64,000 nucleotides of DNA. Origin: an uncultured Acidobacteriota bacterium (lineage in GTDB: Bacteria > Acidobacteriota > Thermoanaerobaculia > UBA5066). The stretch lies in the NCBI GenBank assembly GCA_963779415.1, contig CAVZYA010000003.1:335561-399560 (forward strand). Direction: 5' to 3'. Below are positions 19,865 through 28,978 of the stretch, one piece after another. Under the pieces are notes generated by a model. That model made no database searches. It had not been told where the DNA came from and saw only the letters and a list, made by a program, of their open reading frames with translations. The position numbers were made by a program, and so were the translations under genes. Each line of letters starts with the position of its first letter. The first letter of the stretch is position 1.

Positions 19865-20473
19865 ATGCCCACCGCCCCGATCCTTCCCGAGGACCTCCGC
19901 ACGAAGCTCGCCCGGATCCGCGGCCTGATCCTCGACGTGGACGGCGTTCTGACGGATGGAGCGCTGACCTTCGACGAGGATGGGCGCGAGTGGAAGACCT
20001 TCGATGTGAAGGACGGACTGGGGCTCGTTCTCCTGCGCGACCTCGGCTACAAGATCGGCATCGTCTCAAGCCGGACGTCGAAGGTGGTCCTCGCCCGCTG
20101 CCGCGACCTGAAGGTTCCCGAGGGATACATCCTTCAGGGAGAACGGGACAAGGCGGCCGCGTTCGACAAGGTCGCCGCGCTCTGGGAGCTTCAGCCGTGG
20201 GAGATCGCCGTCGTCGGCGACGACCTCCCCGACCTCGGAATGCTGCGGCGCGCGGGGGTGGGCGCCTGCCCGGCCGACGCCGTCGGAATCGTCCGGGAAG
20301 CCGCGGCGCTCCGCCTCACGCGGCCCGGCGGCAGCGGGGCCGTCCGCGAGATGTGCGACCTGATCCTCGAGGCGCGACGCGGCGCCCGGGCAGACCGCCC
20401 CTCGCCCGTTCCGCCGGAGCCCCAGTCTCCTACCGACGGCGACGTCATCCCCTTCCCCGGCTCGCGCGGCTGA
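19865..20473 (+). CDS. kdsC: Kdo-8-phosphate phosphatase, HAD family
   Basis: LILDVDGVLTDG, FDVKDGLG, VGDDLPDL, CPADA and GGSGAVREMCD. Confidence 0.95.
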   Translation: MPTAPILPEDLRTKLARIRGLILDVDGVLTDGALTFDEDGREWKTFDVKDGLGLVLLRDLGYKIGIVSSRTSKVVLARCRDLKVPEGYILQGERDKAAAFDKVAALWELQPWEIAVVGDDLPDLGMLRRAGVGACPADAVGIVREAAALRLTRPGGSGAVREMCDLILEARRGARADRPSPVPPEPQSPTDGDVIPFPGSRG

Positions 20474-20536
20474 GCCCCGCCGGGGAGTGAATCCGCCGCC
20501 CGTAAGGGACGGTACGGACGGAAGGGAGGAGCCGAG

Positions 20537-21118
20537 ATGCTCGTTGCGTCCCAGATCCGGGCCGGCACGGCTCTTCGACTCTCGGGAGAGATCTGGAAGG
20601 TCCTCGCCGCTGAATACCACGGCGGCGGCGGGAAGATGGGAGGCGTCACGCACGCCCGGCTCCGGAACCTCCGGACCGGAACGCAGCGCGAATGGCGCTT
20701 CCGGGCCGAGGAGCCGATCGAGGCCGTCGAGCTGGAGAAGCAGAATCTCCAGTTCCTCTACGGCGACGCGGAGAGCTCCACCTTCATGAACCCCCTCACG
20801 TTCGAGCAGACCGAGGTGGAGAACGCCCTCCTCGGAACAGCAGCGGCTTACCTGACGCCGGAGATGACGGTTCCCGTGGAGTTCTGCGAGGGGCGCCCGA
20901 TCGGCGTGACGTTCCCCGAGATCGTCGAGGTCCGCGTCGCCAAGACGGCCGCGCCGGTCCACACCCAGGGCCAGGACAACGTCCGGAAGAAAGCGACGCT
21001 CGAGAACGGCGTCGCGCTCCTCGTCCCGCCGTTCATCGCCGAAGGGGAGTGGATCCGCGTCGACGTCGAGAAGGGGACCTACGTCGAACGGGCGAAGGGC
21101 GCGAAGTGGAAGCCGTGA
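20537..21118 (+). CDS. efp: Elongation factor P family protein with atypical loop
   Basis: LRNLRTG, QFLYGD, FMNPLTFEQ, KKATLENG, VPPFIAEGE.IRVD and YVERA; the loop reads HGGGGKMGG rather than KPGKG. Confidence 0.9.
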   Translation: MLVASQIRAGTALRLSGEIWKVLAAEYHGGGGKMGGVTHARLRNLRTGTQREWRFRAEEPIEAVELEKQNLQFLYGDAESSTFMNPLTFEQTEVENALLGTAAAYLTPEMTVPVEFCEGRPIGVTFPEIVEVRVAKTAAPVHTQGQDNVRKKATLENGVALLVPPFIAEGEWIRVDVEKGTYVERAKGAKWKP

Positions 21119-21121
21119 GCC

Positions 21122-21889
21122 CTAGCCCGCGGCCTTCGGGTCCCGCTTCTTGAACGCCCAGGCGAGCCCCACGCCGAGGAGATAGAGCCCGCACATCGGC
21201 AGCGCGAAGGCGCACTGCGTCGGGATGTCGGGGGTCGGCGTGATGACGGCCGCGATGATGAAGATGATCAGGACGGCGTATCGGAACTTCGCGAGGAGCC
21301 ACTTTTCGTCGACGACGCCGATCCGCGCCAGGAAGAAGATCAGGAGCGGCGTCTCGAAGACGAGCCCCATCCCGAGAAGGATCTTCGAGACGATGTCGAG
21401 ATAGTCCTCGATCTTCAGGACGGGCATGAAGTCCTCGCCCGTGGAGACGAGAAAGTTCGCGACCATCGGGAACGCGACGGAATAGCCGAAGAACCCTCCG
21501 CCGACGAAGAAGACGACCGAGGAGCCGACGAACGGGAGGACCCACTTCTTCTCTTTCTTGTAGAGCCCCGGGGCCACGAAGAGCCAGAGCTGCCAGAGGA
21601 TCACGGGGCTCGCGACGAAGATCCCCGCGATCAGCGCCACGTTGACGTAGAGCATGAAGGGCTCGGTCAGCTGCGTGTAGGCCAGCTTCGTCCCCTGCGG
21701 GAGGGCCTTGAGCACCGGCGCCGAGAGGATCTGGAAGATCTCCTTCGCCCGCCACCAGCAGATCAGGAAACCGACGGCCACGGCGGCGACCGACCAGACG
21801 AGCCGCTTTCGCAGGTCCTCGAGGTGCTCGAGGAACGTCATCCGGGGGAGTTCTTCCTCCGGGTCTCCCCCGGTCCGCCGCTCGATCAC
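21122..21889 (-). CDS. tatC: Twin-arginine translocase subunit TatC
   Basis: MTFLEHLEDLRKRL, QLWLFVAPGLY..EK, FETPL and AAVITPTPD. Confidence 0.97.
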   Translation of the reverse strand: MIERRTGGDPEEELPRMTFLEHLEDLRKRLVWSVAAVAVGFLICWWRAKEIFQILSAPVLKALPQGTKLAYTQLTEPFMLYVNVALIAGIFVASPVILWQLWLFVAPGLYKKEKKWVLPFVGSSVVFFVGGGFFGYSVAFPMVANFLVSTGEDFMPVLKIEDYLDIVSKILLGMGLVFETPLLIFFLARIGVVDEKWLLAKFRYAVLIIFIIAAVITPTPDIPTQCAFALPMCGLYLLGVGLAWAFKKRDPKAAG

Positions 21890-22167
21890 GAGGGCTTCGT
21901 CGTCCCGGTCTCGACCTTCCCGGCCGGCGCATCGGAAGGAGCGGCTCCGGCGGGAGGCGGCGAAGGCGGCGGTTCGACCGGCGGAGTCTCCTTCGTGGCG
22001 CGGTCCATTTCGTCCTCGATCGTCCGCTTCAGCTCGTTCGACGTCCGCTTGAACTCGCCGAGAGCCTTCCCCACCTGCTTGCCGATCTCCGGGAGCTTCT
22101 GGGGCCCGAACAGGAGCAGCGCCAGGACGAGGATCATCACGAGCTCGGGCATTCCGATGTTGCCCAT
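21886..22167 (-). CDS. tatA: Twin-arginine translocase TatA/TatB subunit
   Basis: 3' end of ORF 21886..23223: MGNIGMPELVMILVLALLLFGPQKLPEIGKQVGKALGEFK, with a GAGG RBS upstream. Confidence 0.93.
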   Translation of the reverse strand: MGNIGMPELVMILVLALLLFGPQKLPEIGKQVGKALGEFKRTSNELKRTIEDEMDRATKETPPVEPPPSPPPAGAAPSDAPAGKVETGTTKPS

Positions 22168-22278
22168 CCGAACGGCGCCTCCTCGCGCGCCGGAGAGAGA
22201 ATCGACTGCGACACCACCGAAGTCAAGGCGGCCGGCGGATGACGGAATGCTACCCTTGGCGCCGTCAGGGAGGTCCTC

Positions 22279-23916
22279 TTGGTGAACGATCCCGCAGCCG
22301 GCCGTTCCGTTTTCCGCCGCCGTCTCACGGCGATCGCGTTTCTCGCCGCCGTCACCGTGGTCGGCGGCCTGATCGGCCCGCGCCTCGTCGCCGTTCCCGA
22401 CACGACGAGCGCCGGCATGAAGGAGTATGCGGACCTTCTCGCGACGACCCGCGCCTGGTACGCGGACGACATCGCGCCCGCGAAGCTCGTCTACGCGTCG
22501 ATCCAGGGAATGCTCTCCGGCCTCGACCCGCACACGAATTTCCTCGAGCCCGAGGAGTACGGGGCGATGCAGGAGAGGCAGCGCGGCTCCTTCTACGGCC
22601 TCGGGATCATCATCTCGAAGCGGAACGGGAAGGTCACCGTCATCACGACGCTCGAGGGCTCCCCCGCCGATCGTCTCGGCATCCGCGCCGGCGACATCAT
22701 CGACCGCGTCGAGGGACAGTCGATCGACGACCTCGCCGTCGACGCCGTGGTCCGGAAGCTCAAGGGTCCGAAGGGGACGAAGGTCCGGGTCACGATCGTC
22801 CGCCCGGGCTTTCCCGAGCCGCTCCAGATGACCGTGACGCGGGCGGAGATCCCGACGAATTCGGTCTCTTACGCCTTCATGATCGAACCGGGGGTGGGCT
22901 ACATCCGCCTCAAGGATTTCACGCAGACCTCGTCGCAGGAGCTCGGGGAGGCATGGGACCGCCTCGAGAAGCAGGGGATGAAGAAGCTCCTCTTCGACCT
23001 TCGCGGGAACCCCGGCGGGCTTCTCGACCAGGCGGTCGGCGTCTCCGACTACTTCCTCTCGAAGGGCGAGAAGGTCGTTTCCACTCGCGGGCGGACGGCC
23101 GGCTCGGACCAGACGTTTCTCGCTCCCGGAAAGCACACGAAGTCCCGCATTCCGGTCGTCGTCCTCCTGAACAAGGGCTCCGCTTCGGCTTCCGAGATCG
23201 TGGCCGGGGCGCTCCAGGACCACGACCGCGGGCTCATCGTCGGTCAGACGAGCTGGGGAAAAGGCCTCGTCCAGTCCGTCTTCAATCTGTCGGACGGGGC
23301 CGGGCTCGCCCTGACGACGGCGAAGTACTACACCCCTTCCGGGCGCTGCATCCAGCGGGACTACAAGGACGTCCTCGAGTACCTCGCCCCCGAGGCCGCG
23401 GACGAGAGGGGGGACGAGGGTGCGGAGTCGACCGCGGGCCGCGAAACCTTCCGGACCGACGCGAACCGCACCGTCTTTGGTGGAGGCGGGATCACGCCGG
23501 ACATCTTCGTCAAGCCGGAGACGCTCTCCCGCTTTGCCGCGACGCTCTATGCCCGCGGCCTCTTCTTCGAGTTCGCGGTCCAGTACCGCGCCAAGAACCC
23601 CGACGTGCCACGAGACTTCCAGGTCACCGACGCCGTCCGCGACGAGTTCTTCCGGTTCCTCGACGGCAAGTCCGACCTCGGGTGGGACGGGAAAGCCCGG
23701 GAGATGTACACCGCCGAGAAGGACCCGAAGATCGTCGACCGCGCGATCCGGGAGGAACTCCTGACGGCCGTCTACGGGAGCGAGGTGGGATACCGGTCGA
23801 GCCTCGACGGAGACGTCGTCGTGAAGAAGGCGCTCAGCCTCTTCCCCGAGGCCGAGAAGCTCGCTTCGGCCCGCGCCGCGGCCCTGGTCGCCCGGGCGTC
23901 GACGCCGCCGCGCTGA
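22279..23916 (+). CDS. ctpA: S41 C-terminal processing peptidase (PDZ)
   Basis: LDPHT, GLGIII, DLRGNPGGLL, SASASEIVAGALQDHDR, GKGLVQ and YYTPSGR. Confidence 0.95.
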   Translation: MVNDPAAGRSVFRRRLTAIAFLAAVTVVGGLIGPRLVAVPDTTSAGMKEYADLLATTRAWYADDIAPAKLVYASIQGMLSGLDPHTNFLEPEEYGAMQERQRGSFYGLGIIISKRNGKVTVITTLEGSPADRLGIRAGDIIDRVEGQSIDDLAVDAVVRKLKGPKGTKVRVTIVRPGFPEPLQMTVTRAEIPTNSVSYAFMIEPGVGYIRLKDFTQTSSQELGEAWDRLEKQGMKKLLFDLRGNPGGLLDQAVGVSDYFLSKGEKVVSTRGRTAGSDQTFLAPGKHTKSRIPVVVLLNKGSASASEIVAGALQDHDRGLIVGQTSWGKGLVQSVFNLSDGAGLALTTAKYYTPSGRCIQRDYKDVLEYLAPEAADERGDEGAESTAGRETFRTDANRTVFGGGGITPDIFVKPETLSRFAATLYARGLFFEFAVQYRAKNPDVPRDFQVTDAVRDEFFRFLDGKSDLGWDGKAREMYTAEKDPKIVDRAIREELLTAVYGSEVGYRSSLDGDVVVKKALSLFPEAEKLASARAAALVARASTPPR

Positions 23917-24433
23917 CGCCCGGCCGGATCAGCCCCCACCAGAGGGAGAAGGCGATGGCCCAGCAGCCGGCCAGACGGTAGAAGTGCCATAGGCCCGCCC
24001 AGACGTTGCGGGAGACGGGCCCGTAGTACGCGGCGCTCCAGGCTCCGAGCTGGGTGGCGTAGAGCTGCTTGACGGCGATGACGACCGCCGCCACGTGGGT
24101 CAGGCCGAGGATCCCGAATGCCGCGAAAAGGCGCACGAGGCCCTTGTCCCTCAGAAGCCTCTCGCGGGTGGCCGCGAGGGCGCAGAGAAGGATGACGTTG
24201 AACGTCAGGTCGTCCACCGGCAGGCTCGGACGCTCGGAACGGGAGGCGAAGTCGGCCCTGTCGACGACGAGCCGCCGCTCCTCGGCGTAGAGGCGGGTCG
24301 CGGCGGGCCGTTCGAGGAACCGAAGGACCGGCTCCGCGGCCTCCGCAAGGAGACGCCCGTACGCCGGAAAGGAGGCCGTCCACAGGAGGAGACCGGCCAG
24401 AAATCCGGCGGCCGCCCTAAGCGCGAGCCTCAC
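23834..24433 (-). CDS. Exosortase H-associated membrane protein
   Basis: Multi-TM ORF overlapping the xrtH 3' end. Assignment rests on context. Its 3' end overlaps the ctpA 3' end by about 80 bp. Confidence 0.6.
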   Translation of the reverse strand: MRLALRAAAGFLAGLLLWTASFPAYGRLLAEAAEPVLRFLERPAATRLYAEERRLVVDRADFASRSERPSLPVDDLTFNVILLCALAATRERLLRDKGLVRLFAAFGILGLTHVAAVVIAVKQLYATQLGAWSAAYYGPVSRNVWAGLWHFYRLAGCWAIAFSLWWGLIRPGVSAAASTPGRPGPRRGPKRASRPRGRG

Positions 24434-24932
24434 GGCTCCCGGCCCGCCGGCTCCAGAGAAGGAACAGGCCGACGGCGACGAGGATCAGGATCGTCTGCCA
24501 GACCGCCGTGTGGAACATCTCGAAGACGCCCCGTCGGTGAACACCGAGCCAGAAGAGCGAGACGACCCGGACGAGGTTGAGTACCTGAATGACGGCGACT
24601 CCGACGGCAATTCCCGCGAGGCGCTTCCCCCATGAAGCGGGGAACGCGAGAACCGCGGCGACGAGGATGAGCATCGCCTCGACGCCGTTGCAGCCGTTCT
24701 TCACGTCCACGGCGAATCCGGGCGACTGGATCTGAGTGCCGACCGACCTTGCGGGCTCGCCGAGCACACGCAGGAGCGCCGTCGACACGGTCACGATCCG
24801 CGCCGTGAACGGAACGATCACATGGTCGTTCGTCGGCTGCACCGCCACGGCCAGGTAGAACAGACCGAGGAAGGCGGCGAAGCGGACGAGAAATCGGGTC
24901 TCGGGTTTCGCCGCCGGCCTCCTACCGAACAA
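24417..24932 (-). CDS. xrtH: Exosortase H (XrtH-type transpeptidase)
   Basis: FAVDVKNGCNGVEA (catalytic Cys), AAVLAFPASW, LNLVRVVSL (Arg) and FEMFH..VWQ (His). TTG start 24932 inferred from overlap with the upstream stop. Confidence 0.88.
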   Translation of the reverse strand: MFGRRPAAKPETRFLVRFAAFLGLFYLAVAVQPTNDHVIVPFTARIVTVSTALLRVLGEPARSVGTQIQSPGFAVDVKNGCNGVEAMLILVAAVLAFPASWGKRLAGIAVGVAVIQVLNLVRVVSLFWLGVHRRGVFEMFHTAVWQTILILVAVGLFLLWSRRAGSREARA

Positions 24933-26596
24933 GCGTCTGGTTGTAGACGAGGAAGCGCCGCGTCGCCGCGGCACGCCTCACGCCGAAGGCATCCTGCACT
25001 TCGATCGTCAGGTCGTGTTCGCTGTTGCTCAGTGCCGTCGTATCGAGGAAGAACCGGAAGCGCGCCATCCAGTTCTGGGGAAAGTAGGGATAGAGAAGCG
25101 CGATGTCGGGGCTCAAAATCCCGTACTCCGCATAATCCAGCCCGGTGACGGCGTCCGTCTGAAAGACGCCGTCGATCTTGATCCGGACCTTCTGCACGGT
25201 GTTGAGGTCGAGGGCCCAGCCCATCACCGGGTAGACGCCGTTCACGAACTCGTAGTTCGTCGGTTCCTCGACGAAGCCGATCGGCGGCGGGTTCGTGCCC
25301 TGGCTGGCGCACTCGAGAATGACCGGAACGTCCGGGAGAGGTGCCCAGGTCTCCTCCTTGTCGTACACCTTCGTCTGGAGGATGTGAGCTCCTTCGGTGA
25401 ATCCTCCCGTCGTCAGGAGGTACCCGACGTCGAGGACGAAGAGGAAACCGGGGTTCGGCGCCTGCGGGAAGCCCGGATAGAGAAGCTCGATGTCGGGCCG
25501 ATAATAGCCATAGCAGTCGATGAGGGCGTTGTTCAGCGCCGGCTCCCGCCGGCAGTCGAGGCGGCTGTCGAGGAGCGTGACGCCGTCGAGCTCGAGCCGG
25601 ACGTGGGAGACACCTCCGCGGTCCGAGGGCATTCCCGTGTCGAGGGCCCACCCCACGACGCGCATCAGGTACCTCGGATCGACGATCTGACCCGCGCCGC
25701 CCGAGGGAGAGCCGACGGGCGCCGAGGCGCAGGCGCCAAGCCATGTGGAGTTCAGGAGGGGCTGCTCGACCTCTCCGAATGGCGCGAGGCCCGGGCCATC
25801 GTTGAAGACCTGCACCGTCCGGACGCCGAGGAACCCCTGCTGTCCCTGGTCGTCCACGGCTTTGGCGCTGATCTGGTGAACGCCGTTCGACATCCGCGTC
25901 GAGTCGACGTTCAGGATGAATCCCGAGGCGATGGCAGAAGGGTCCGCCGGATAGCTCGCCGCGACGTCGGGGCGAGGAATTCCCGGTATCGCCTGCCGCT
26001 CGAGCAGGCCGTCGACGTAGACATCCACGTGGTCGACACGGCTGTCGTCCAGCGCCCAGCCGACGACGGGGAGGACGCCGCTCGCATCCGGAGCGCTCTG
26101 GTTCAGCGGGTAGTCGAGGGCGCCGAAGGGGGGCTGGTTCCGCGTGCTGTCGATGAGGATGGTCCGTGGAGCGAGAAAATAGCAGCACCCTGTCACGTCC
26201 GTGCACGCGGACGTAGACGGTGTGACTCCCGTTCGAGTAGAGCGAGGCCTTGAAGGACCCCTCGAACCCGGGATTTCCGGCCGCGGTCCCGAGATAGCTC
26301 GGAAAAGCCTGCATGACGTCGGGCCGCGGGAGCGTGAGCTTGATTCCGCCCGGCTCCGTGACGCGGTTCGATTCGTCCGTGCCGTCGACGTAGATGTCGA
26401 TCGACGAGATCTGGTTTCCGTTCAGTGCGAAGCCGATGACTCGAACGTACCCGGAGACCGTGGCGCCGTCGGCGGGCGAGTCGATGGCCCCGATGAGCGG
26501 AGCCGGGCACGCGGAGTCCGCGCACTGGGCGCCAGCTGGCGCTGCCGGCGCGAGCGCGGTTGCGAGAAGCGCTACGAGGAGGGTCTTGCGAATCAT
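24922..26596 (-). CDS. Secreted protein with four tandem Ig-like 'GWALD/RPDV' repeats (frameshift near 26205)
   Basis: Signal peptide MIRKTLLVALLATALAPAAPAGA. Four repeats of G..(D/E).P...V.G(W/F)AL(D/N)...DG...(R/S)PD...(Y/F)P...F...(G/S).H, one in ORF 24818..26596 and three in ORF 24922..26196. Confidence 0.8.
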
Positions 26597-26681
26597 CAGT
26601 CGCCTCCTTGGGGGCGAGGACTCCCGAAGCCTCGCTTGGAGAAGATTCCTCCACTCGAAAATGGCAGTTTTCAGCGAACGT

Positions 26682-26711
26682 AGTCTATCGGAGGCCGGAA
26701 AGGACTGTCAA
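26682..26711 (-). promoter_or_regulatory. Sigma-70-type promoter of the Ig-repeat/xrtH operon
   Basis: On the minus strand TTGACA (26711-26706), 18-nt spacer, TAGACT (26687-26682); AAGGAGG RBS before ATG 26596. Confidence 0.65.
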
Positions 26712-26736
26712 ACCTTGAATTAGGTCCCGCGCGAAA

Positions 26737-27708
26737 TCAGCCGCTCTCCCCCTCGGCCGCGAGCGTCCGGTGATGTGTGACGACGGACGCTCCGAGCGCA
26801 TCGGCGTCGTATCCCCCTTCCAGACAGGAGACGATCCGCCCGCCGGCAAAGGTCGCGGCCACGTCGCAGAGCGCCCGCGTCATCCAGCCGAAGCCCTCCG
26901 TGGAGACCCGCATGCCGCCGAGCGGGTCCTTCTCGTGCGCGTCGAATCCGGCGGAGACGACGAGGAACTCCGGACGGAATCTCTCCGCGAGGCGCTCGAG
27001 CGCCGCCACGAACCCGCCCGCGTAAGGGACGTCGCCCGAACCGGCCGGGAGAGGGACGTTCGCCGTCGTTCCGCGCCCGAGCCCCCCGCCCGTCTCGTCC
27101 GCCGCCCCCGTCCCCGGAAAGAACGGAGACCGGTGAACCGAGAGGTACGCGACCCGCTCGTCCTCCCAGAACAGGCGCTGCGTCCCGTTTCCGTGATGGA
27201 CGTCGAAATCCGCGATCAGGACGCGAGAGAGTCCGTGGTGGGAGAGGAGGTCCTGCGCGACCACCGCCGCGGTATTGAAGAAACAGAAACCCATCGCGGC
27301 GTCCGCGAGCGCGTGGTGGCCGGGAGGACGCACCGCCACGAAGACGGAGTCGGCACGCCCCGAGATGACGACGTCTGTCGCGGCGAGGGCGAGAGCCGTG
27401 GCGCGAAACGCCGCGTCGAAGCTCGCGGCGGAAATCGGGTTGTCCGGCGAATCGAAGAGGGAGACCGCCCCCTCAACGTCCGGCGGCACCGACCGGCAGG
27501 ACTCCTCGAAACGCCGGATGTAGGAAGGGTCGTGCACGCGCGACAAGGCGCCGAGCGTCCGCTCCGGGCTCGGCGGGCTTCCGAAGACCGCCCCCGAAAA
27601 CCGCAGGGCCGAAACCGCTGCCAGAAGGCGTTTCGCCGTCTCCGGGTGGTACGGCCCCGTGTCGTGGCGGAGGAGATCCGGGTCGTGGAAGACCGGGACG
27701 CGCCGCAC
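26737..27708 (-). CDS. Histone deacetylase family Zn-dependent amidohydrolase
   Basis: HPET..RL, VRPPGHHA, GFCFFN, DFDVHHGNGTQ, SAGFDAH..DPLG and LEGGY. Confidence 0.95.
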   Translation of the reverse strand: MRRVPVFHDPDLLRHDTGPYHPETAKRLLAAVSALRFSGAVFGSPPSPERTLGALSRVHDPSYIRRFEESCRSVPPDVEGAVSLFDSPDNPISAASFDAAFRATALALAATDVVISGRADSVFVAVRPPGHHALADAAMGFCFFNTAAVVAQDLLSHHGLSRVLIADFDVHHGNGTQRLFWEDERVAYLSVHRSPFFPGTGAADETGGGLGRGTTANVPLPAGSGDVPYAGGFVAALERLAERFRPEFLVVSAGFDAHEKDPLGGMRVSTEGFGWMTRALCDVAATFAGGRIVSCLEGGYDADALGASVVTHHRTLAAEGESG

Positions 27709-27750
27709 GGGTCGAGCGTAGCGCACACTGCCGTGGGCTACCATCGTTGC

Positions 27751-28779
27751 GTGACGGCCTCTTCCCGCTGGATCCGCTTCGGCGTCTCGATCGGCCTCGC
27801 CGTTCTCCTGTTCGGTCTCTTCCTCCGCAACCTCGATTTTGCGGCCGTCGCCGGGGCGATTCGTGCCGCGCGGCCCGGATGGATCGCCTTGGCCGTCACG
27901 GCGGGCCTCCTCGCCACGCCGCCCATCCGTTCCTGGCGATGGGGCCGACTGCTCAGGGAATATCCGGCCCGCCCCCTTCACCTGAACGTGGCGACCGCCA
28001 TCGGCTTCGCGGCGTCGACGCTCCTTCCGGCCCGCGCCGGAGAGATCGTCCGTCCGGTCGCTCTCTCCCGCCTCGCGAGAATTCCCGTGACCCCCTGTCT
28101 TCTCTCCATCGCCCTCGAGCGGCTCATCGACCTGATCTCGACCCTCGTCCTTTTCGTCGTCTTCGCGATCGGCTGGACACCGGAGAGCCTTGGTGGGAAC
28201 GAGGCAGCGCGTTTCGAGCTTCTTCGAAGATCGGCCCTGCTGATCGGAGCGGGAGCCGCGGCAGCCATCGTCCTCCTGACGATCTTCGCCGTCCGGCCCG
28301 ATCTGGCGAGAAGGATCGCCGCTCCGATAATTCGCCTCTTCCCGCCGAGGTTCTCGGGGCGGCTGGAGGCGTTGCTGTCGCACCTCCTCGACGGGCTCGC
28401 GGCCCTTCGGAGCCCACGGGACGCCGCCCTCGTCGCCGCGCAGTCGGCCCTCCTCTGGCTCGTCATCTGTGTCCAGATCTGGTGCACGCTCAAGGCTTTC
28501 GACCTGACTTTTCCCTTCCCGGTCACCTTCTTCGTCCTGACATGGGGCGTCATGGGCCTCGCCATTCCGACGCCCGGCGGGGTCGGGGGTTATCACGCGG
28601 CGATCGCCTACTGCCTCACGGGTTTCTACTCGGTCCCGCGAAACACGGCTGCGGCATTCGCCCTCGTTTCCCATGCCGTTTCGTTCGTGCCGATAACGCT
28701 CCTCGGCCTGGGGTTTCTCCTCGCCGGGGGCTTCAGCCTGAAGAGCCTTTCGTCGAAGGAGGCGGAGCGGCTCGGCTGA
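27751..28779 (+). CDS. Lysylphosphatidylglycerol synthase TM / flippase-like membrane protein (UPF0104)
   Basis: 3' part of ORF 26770..28779: RSWRW..LL, LLPARAGEIVR, ERLIDL and IPTPGGVGGYH. Confidence 0.88.
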   Translation: MTASSRWIRFGVSIGLAVLLFGLFLRNLDFAAVAGAIRAARPGWIALAVTAGLLATPPIRSWRWGRLLREYPARPLHLNVATAIGFAASTLLPARAGEIVRPVALSRLARIPVTPCLLSIALERLIDLISTLVLFVVFAIGWTPESLGGNEAARFELLRRSALLIGAGAAAAIVLLTIFAVRPDLARRIAAPIIRLFPPRFSGRLEALLSHLLDGLAALRSPRDAALVAAQSALLWLVICVQIWCTLKAFDLTFPFPVTFFVLTWGVMGLAIPTPGGVGGYHAAIAYCLTGFYSVPRNTAAAFALVSHAVSFVPITLLGLGFLLAGGFSLKSLSSKEAERLG

Positions 28780-28978
28780 TCTCTTACGCGTTATATAAAC
28801 GCATCGCCCGGCGCGGGCCGCCGGTGCCGACGGGAGGCGTGTCAGGAAGAAAAAGGTGACGTCGTAGGGCATCCTCATCATTTACTTGCCCTTGCCGGAT
28901 CGGCATCGTTTTCGTCAGACGGGAAATTGCCCGGCGGCGCGATGCCGCAGGGAAAATCTTTCCTGAAGGAGGACGCGC

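Noticed and set aside
26737-27708. Histone deacetylase as a eukaryotic gene transfer
   Set aside because: HDAC-family (AcuC/acetylpolyamine amidohydrolase-like) proteins are widespread in bacteria; nothing unusual is visible here.
28860-28978. Riboswitch or sigma-54 promoter upstream of citrate synthase
   Set aside because: GG-N10-GC candidates are imperfect (ggcatcgttttcgt) and no known riboswitch consensus was recognised.
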